From Alphaproteobacteria bacterium (GTDB lineage Bacteria > Pseudomonadota > Alphaproteobacteria > MPNO01), in the NCBI GenBank assembly GCA_965248835.1, contig CBDFLJ010000001.1:864001-928000 (forward strand): a stretch of 64,000 bases of DNA, given 5' to 3'. The translations under genes and the position numbers were made by a program. Shown one piece after another: positions 58,972 to 64,000 of the stretch. Each line of letters starts with the position of its first letter. Position 1 is the first letter of the stretch. The notes under the pieces were generated by a model. The model was given only the letters and a program-made list of their open reading frames with translations. It was not told where the DNA came from and did not search any database.

Positions 58972-60144
58972 CTATTCGGCGGCGATGAGCTCCGGCTGCT
59001 CGATGTGGGACTCGTGCAGCGCCGGCATGACCTCGCGGGCGAACAGCTCCATGTTGGCCTGGGTCAGATCCGCGGGCAGGGTGCCGAACTGGCACAGCGC
59101 CAGCAGATTGCCCAGCGCGATCGTCCGCTGACAGTCGAGCAGCTTGTTGCGCACCGTATCGGGGCTGCCGACGATCACCACCTCGTTCTCGATCAGGGTC
59201 TCGATCGACTGCTGCCTGATGATGGACGACTTGTGCTTGAGCACGTTCTTCAGCGAGGCGATGGAGGTATAGCCCGGCGGCAGCAGCATCTCCGGGGGGT
59301 TGCGCAGGAACTTGTTGGCAAAGGCCTCGATGTGGGGCCGAGCCTCGTCGATCGCCTTCTGGTCGGTGTCGGCGACGTAGATCGGCACCAGCCAGCCGAG
59401 CTGGTCCGGCGTGGCCTCGTAGCCGTATTCGCGCGCCTTGTCGCGGTAGCCGGTCATGAACTTGCAGACCGACCGGAACGGGCTGTAGGTCTGCATATAG
59501 GTGTATTTGCGGTCCGGGTGCGCGGTCCAGTCGATGGTCTCGTAGGAACCCTGCGAGGGGCACCAGATCGGCGGGTGAGGCTTCTGGTAGGGCCTCGGCC
59601 ACAAGTTGACGTACTCGAAGTGGTAGTGCTCGCCCTCGAAGGCGAAGGGGCCCTCGCGGGTCCAGGCCTGAATCACCAGGTCATGCGCCTCGTGGAAGCG
59701 GTCATGCGAGAAGGCCGGGTTGGCGCCCATCGAGTAGTACTCGCAGCCGATGCCGCGGACCATGCCGCTGATCAGCCGCCCGCCGGTGATGCAATCGATC
59801 ATCGCATGCTCTTCGGCCAGGGTCAGCGGGTGCTCCCTTATACCGAAAGCGGATCCGACGATCGCGATCTTTGCGCGCGTGGTCCGCCGGGCGAGCGCGG
59901 ATGCGGTCACGATCGGCGAGGGCATGATGCCGTAGGCGTTCTGATGGTGCTCGTTCACGCACAGCCCGTCGAAGCCGAGCTCTTCGCCGTATTCGAGCTC
60001 GTCCAGATAGCGGTTGTAGAGTTCGTGCCCCTTCTCGGGGTCGAAATAGCTGTTGGGGAGCACTACCCAGGCCGACCGGTACTTCTTGTCGTAGTCCAAG
60101 TCGAGATAGGCATAGGGCATCAGGTGGAAGAGGAAGACTTTCAT
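58972..60144 (-). CDS. luciferase-like (LLM) flavin-dependent monooxygenase
   Basis: GFDG.C.NEHHQ, LAEE.AMID..GGRL, PRPYQKPHPPIW, VGSPDTV, LFAREVMP. Confidence 0.92.
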   Translation of the reverse strand: MKVFLFHLMPYAYLDLDYDKKYRSAWVVLPNSYFDPEKGHELYNRYLDELEYGEELGFDGLCVNEHHQNAYGIMPSPIVTASALARRTTRAKIAIVGSAFGIREHPLTLAEEHAMIDCITGGRLISGMVRGIGCEYYSMGANPAFSHDRFHEAHDLVIQAWTREGPFAFEGEHYHFEYVNLWPRPYQKPHPPIWCPSQGSYETIDWTAHPDRKYTYMQTYSPFRSVCKFMTGYRDKAREYGYEATPDQLGWLVPIYVADTDQKAIDEARPHIEAFANKFLRNPPEMLLPPGYTSIASLKNVLKHKSSIIRQQSIETLIENEVVIVGSPDTVRNKLLDCQRTIALGNLLALCQFGTLPADLTQANMELFAREVMPALHESHIEQPELIAAE

Positions 60145-60373
60145 GGCATCACCCGCAATGTCTGTACGCCGAGTTTACGCGAGCCGGCGGTGCGCGACAA
60201 CGGGCCAGCCGGCGCGCGTGGATCGCGCCCTTGTCGATGCCGACCGGTGCTGCCACTGTTCGCCCCGCCGCCGAAGCCGATATCGATCCGTTGAGAATGC
60301 CCGGCCAAAACCGCCCGCCACCCCTGACCGTCCTGCAGCGCGCGCGCAGCTCGGAACATGCGGAGACCGCGCG

Positions 60374-61285
60374 TTGATCGCGTCGGCCGGCCGGCGGTTT
60401 GCATCCCTGCCCGCGGGCTTCCGCGGCATGCTGTGGATGTCCGCGGCCTCGTTCTTCTTTGCCATGGTCTATGTCGTGATCCGCCGGCTGTCGCAGTCCG
60501 TGCCGATCGAGGAGCTGGTCTTCCTGCGCGCGGTCATGGGGATTGCAGTGATGACCCCGTGGCTCGCGCGCGAGGGGCTTGCCGCGCTCAAGACCGTCCA
60601 GCCGGGCATGCATATCGGCCGCACCGCGTTCAGCTATTCGGGGATGATCTGCTGGTTCTACGCGCTGGCCAACATGCCGCTGGCCGATGCGACCTCGCTG
60701 ATGTTCCTGCTGCCGATCTTCACCGTGCTGCTGGCCGCGACCTTCCTGCGCGAACGGGTGGGCGCGCTGCGCTGGGCGGCGACGTTGGGCGGGTTCGCGG
60801 GCGCCTTGATCATCATCCGCCCCGGGCTGGTCGCGGTGAGCCTGGCGGCCGCCGCCGCGCTCTACACGGCATTCTCATACGCCGCGGCGAACGCGATGAT
60901 CAAGTCGATCCTCAAGACCGAGGGCTCGAACGCGGTGGTCTTCTACACCTTCGCCGGGCTCGCGGTCGCCTCGGCCGGGCCGGCGATCGCATCCTGGCAG
61001 ACGCCGGCGTGGTCGGACGTCTCGTGGATCCTGGTCTTTGGCCTGCTCTCGGTCGCAGCCGCCCAATGCATCACCCGCTCGCTCGCCGCGGCACCGGCGA
61101 GCGTGGTGGTTCCCTTCCAGTTCCTCAAGCTCCCCTTCGTTGCCGCGGTTGCGCTGCTGTGGTTCGCCGAGGCGCCCGATCCCTGGACCTGGACCGGCGC
61201 GCTGGTGATCTTCGCCAGCACCTATGCCATCGTCCGCCGCGAGGCCACCGAGCAGCGCGGCGGGCTGGGCACTCGTCCAGGGTGA
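60374..61285 (+). CDS. DMT/EamA transporter
   Basis: RG.LWM, VFLR, LRERVG..RW, IIIRPG, PFQF; TTG start after GGAG (start uncertain). Confidence 0.87.
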   Translation: MIASAGRRFASLPAGFRGMLWMSAASFFFAMVYVVIRRLSQSVPIEELVFLRAVMGIAVMTPWLAREGLAALKTVQPGMHIGRTAFSYSGMICWFYALANMPLADATSLMFLLPIFTVLLAATFLRERVGALRWAATLGGFAGALIIIRPGLVAVSLAAAAALYTAFSYAAANAMIKSILKTEGSNAVVFYTFAGLAVASAGPAIASWQTPAWSDVSWILVFGLLSVAAAQCITRSLAAAPASVVVPFQFLKLPFVAAVALLWFAEAPDPWTWTGALVIFASTYAIVRREATEQRGGLGTRPG

Positions 61286-61327
61286 GGCGCTGCGGCCCGG
61301 TCCGACTCGATCGGGCCGCGACCGGCT

Positions 61328-61792
61328 CTATTCCGGCCGGCCGGCCATCATCCGGACTGCGCGGTAGGTCATGACCGTCTCGCCGTCCTGGTTGAGGACG
61401 TCGTTGGTTGTGGTCACGATCCCGCGGTTGCCCTTGCTGGTCGGGCGGATGTGGACGACCTCGACCTCGGCATGGACGGTGTCCCCGGCGAAGACCGGCT
61501 TGAGCACCTTCTTTTCCACCTCCAGGAGGGCGAGCCCCGTGGTCTGCATGCTGGCCTGGCACAACAGCCCCTCGATGATGGTGTAGGTGCAGGCCGCCGG
61601 CACCACCCGGCCCTTGAGCACGCCGTGCCCTTGGTTGAACGACAGGTCGGTGAAGATCGTCTCGACCATGCCGGTCACGCCGATGAAGTTAACGATATCG
61701 GGCTCGGTGATGGTGCGGTTCAGGGTCTTGAAGCGATCGCCGACGGCAAGATCGTTCCAGTAGAACCCGATGCCGATGGTCTTGAGGGTCAT
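61328..61792 (-). CDS. MaoC-like (hotdog) dehydratase
   Basis: DL.VGD.F.T..RTITE.D...F..VTG, PVFAGDT, RG.V...VLNQ.GE.V. Confidence 0.85.
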   Translation of the reverse strand: MTLKTIGIGFYWNDLAVGDRFKTLNRTITEPDIVNFIGVTGMVETIFTDLSFNQGHGVLKGRVVPAACTYTIIEGLLCQASMQTTGLALLEVEKKVLKPVFAGDTVHAEVEVVHIRPTSKGNRGIVTTTNDVLNQDGETVMTYRAVRMMAGRPE

Positions 61793-63009
61793 GCGTTTCC
61801 TTTCTCGGGCCGTCCGTCGCGGGCGGCGCCTGACCGGAACATCGCCGCGATCTCGTCTTGATCAAGCCCCGCCTCGGCCAGGACCTCGGCGCTGTGCTCG
61901 CCGAGCTTGGGCTGCAGCCGGCCGATCGCGCCGGGCGAAGCGGTGAACCGGACCGGGATGCCGGGCATCACGATGCCGCCCTCGGTCGGGTGTTCGGCGG
62001 TCTCGAAGAACCCCACGGCCCGCAAATGCGGGTCCTTCGGCAAGTCGTCCAGCGCGGTGATCGGCGCCGCCGGGATGTCGAGCCCGGCCAACAGCTTCAG
62101 CCAGTCCGTCGAGCTTCGCTCGGCGAAGCATTCGCCGGCCAGGCGGTAGAGCTCCTCGATATTGTCGTTGCGGCTGGCGAGGCTGGAAAACCGCGGATCC
62201 TCGGCAAGCGCCGGCAATTCGACCGCCTCCCAGAACCGGCGCCACTGGTCGTCGGTATAGGCCAGCATGCACACATGTCCGTCGCTTGTCCGATAGGGCC
62301 GGCGCCACGTGGCGAGCACGCGGGGGTAGCCGGCGGTGCCTTCCGGCGGCGAGAAGCTCAGCCCGTAAAGGTGCTCGGTGAGGTTGAAGGCCGCCATGGT
62401 CTCGAACATCGGGATCTCGACGAACTGGCCCTGACCGGTGCGCTCGCGGTGCAGCAGCGCGGCCATCACCGCATAGGCCGCGACCAAAGCGCAGGTCTTG
62501 TCGGCGATGATGGTCGGCATGTAGCGCGGCTCGCCGACCAGCCGCGCCATCAGATCGGCGCTGCCGCTCTGCCCCTGGATGACGTCGTCATAGGCCGGCG
62601 CCCCGGCATAGGGACCTTGGGAGAGATAGCCGTGCAGCCCGGCATAGACGATCCGCGGGTTTGCCGCCAGCACCGCCGGGTGATCGAAGCCGAGCCGGGC
62701 GATCTTCTGCGGCCGGATCGAGTGCACGAACACGTCCGCGTCGGCGATCAGGCGCCACAGGGCGTCGCGCGCGTTCTGCTTCTTCAGGTCGAGCACCACC
62801 GAGCGCTTGTTGCGGTTCACGCCCAGGAACAGGGCCGCCATATCCCCGGACCGCGCCGGTCCGGTGCGCCGCGTCGTGTCGCCCTCTGGCGCCTCGATCT
62901 TGATCACGTCGGCGCCCATATCGCCCATGATCTGGGTCGCGAGCGGACCCAGGATCACCGAGCTGAGGTCGAGGACGCGGATGCCGGCGAGCGGCCCAAA
63001 CGTGCTCAT
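61789..63009 (-). CDS. CaiB/BaiF class III CoA-transferase
   Basis: [40 protein letters not shown]. Confidence 0.94.
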   Translation of the reverse strand: MSTFGPLAGIRVLDLSSVILGPLATQIMGDMGADVIKIEAPEGDTTRRTGPARSGDMAALFLGVNRNKRSVVLDLKKQNARDALWRLIADADVFVHSIRPQKIARLGFDHPAVLAANPRIVYAGLHGYLSQGPYAGAPAYDDVIQGQSGSADLMARLVGEPRYMPTIIADKTCALVAAYAVMAALLHRERTGQGQFVEIPMFETMAAFNLTEHLYGLSFSPPEGTAGYPRVLATWRRPYRTSDGHVCMLAYTDDQWRRFWEAVELPALAEDPRFSSLASRNDNIEELYRLAGECFAERSSTDWLKLLAGLDIPAAPITALDDLPKDPHLRAVGFFETAEHPTEGGIVMPGIPVRFTASPGAIGRLQPKLGEHSAEVLAEAGLDQDEIAAMFRSGAARDGRPEKGNA

Positions 63010-64000
63010 GCGCCCGCCTCCAGCGGCCAGCGAGGCCGGGGCGCGAAGTCGAGCCCGTCGGTCAGCCCCAGCGCCAGCCGCTCGATCCCGGCCCAGGCGA
63101 TCATCACGCCGTTATCGGTACACAGAGGCGGCGGCGGCGCGACGAAGGCGAACCCGTTTTCGGCCGCCAGCGCCTCCAGCCGGGTGCGCAGATCGGCATT
63201 TGCGGCCACGCCGCCGGCGATGACCAGCGTCCGGCCGTCGGGGAAGTCGGCCCGGAAGGCGGTAATCGCGTTGCGGCAGCGGTCGGCCAACACGTCGCCG
63301 ACGGCCTGCTGGAAAGCGGCGCACAGATCGGCGACATCGGCCGGCCGCAGCGGGCCGGGCGGCAGCGCCTCGACGGCGTGACGCACGGCGGTCTTGAGCC
63401 CGGAAAACGAGAAATCGCAACCCGGCCGGCCGGCGAGCGGACGCGGCAGGGCGAATCGCTGCGGATCTCCGGCCCGCGCCGCGCGCTCGACGGCCGGCCC
63501 GCCGGGAAAGCCCAGCCCGAGCATCTTTCCGGTCTTATCGAAGGCCTCGCCCACCGCATCGTCGATGGTCGTGCCCAGCCGATGGTAACGCCCGACCGCC
63601 TCGACGGCGACGAACTGACAATGCCCGCCCGAGACCAGGAGTGCGAGATAGGGAAAGGCGACGGACGCGCTGAGCCGCGGGGTCAGCACGTGGGCTTCGA
63701 GATGATTGATCGCAAGGAACGGCAGGTCGTGCGCGGCAGCGATCGCCTTGCCGGTCATCGCGCCGACGAGCACGCCGCCGATCAGCCCAGGCCCCCCGGT
63801 CGCCGCCACCGCGTCGAGATCGGCAAACCCGATCCCGGCATCGGCCATCGCCCGGCGGATCACCGCATCGATCACCTCCAGGTGGGCGCGGGCGGCGATC
63901 TCCGGCACCACGCCGCCGAAGTCGCGGTGGGCATCGAGCTGATCGCGCACCACCTCGGCGAGGATACGCCTGTCGCCATCGACCACGGCGGCGGCGGTCT
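63006..64000 (-). CDS. tsaD: tRNA N6-threonylcarbamoyladenosine synthesis protein TsaD (5' end outside window)
   Basis: [61 protein letters not shown]. Confidence 0.97.
   Translation of the reverse strand, partial: TAAAVVDGDRRILAEVVRDQLDAHRDFGGVVPEIAARAHLEVIDAVIRRAMADAGIGFADLDAVAATGGPGLIGGVLVGAMTGKAIAAAHDLPFLAINHLEAHVLTPRLSASVAFPYLALLVSGGHCQFVAVEAVGRYHRLGTTIDDAVGEAFDKTGKMLGLGFPGGPAVERAARAGDPQRFALPRPLAGRPGCDFSFSGLKTAVRHAVEALPPGPLRPADVADLCAAFQQAVGDVLADRCRNAITAFRADFPDGRTLVIAGGVAANADLRTRLEALAAENGFAFVAPPPPLCTDNGVMIAWAGIERLALGLTDGLDFAPRPRWPLEAGA

Overview
GC-rich bacterial chromosome segment, most likely Alphaproteobacteria (inferred from gene content and order). From left to right: recQ and a TraR/DksA-family gene; a complete N-methylglutamate (methylamine) pathway operon mgsABC-gmaS-mgdABCD (2.4-11.8 kb) with a convergent MetE-like gene; then a gene 'graveyard' (13-24 kb). 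The graveyard holds one intact IS5/IS1031-type element, inserted into a PhyH pseudogene, and remnants of HIT, TPP-enzyme, TauD, ISNCY, IS1595, IS3, phage terminase (two copies) and GMC genes. These surround an intact MFS gene, a TauD gene, a TAXI-TRAP transporter and a second MetE-like gene. Next come a TPP enzyme, an RND pump, an orphan molybdo-hydroxylase/SDR/amidohydrolase module, and the core thrS-infC-rpmI-rplT-pheST-lepA block with tRNA-Ser(GGA). The last ~18 kb is a catabolic cluster (2 LLM oxidoreductases, alpha/beta hydrolase, third MetE-like protein, atypical amidohydrolase, hydantoinase A/B, orphan Mo subunit, 3 DMT and 1 MFS transporters, CaiB/MaoC) ending in a partial tsaD. My best candidate for an undescribed system is this cluster, especially the amidohydrolase lacking the HxxE glutamate coupled to a Zn-type MetE-like protein. 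That call is inference, not demonstrated. No CRISPR array, rRNA or intact prophage was seen. All family calls come from motif recognition by eye, without database searches.
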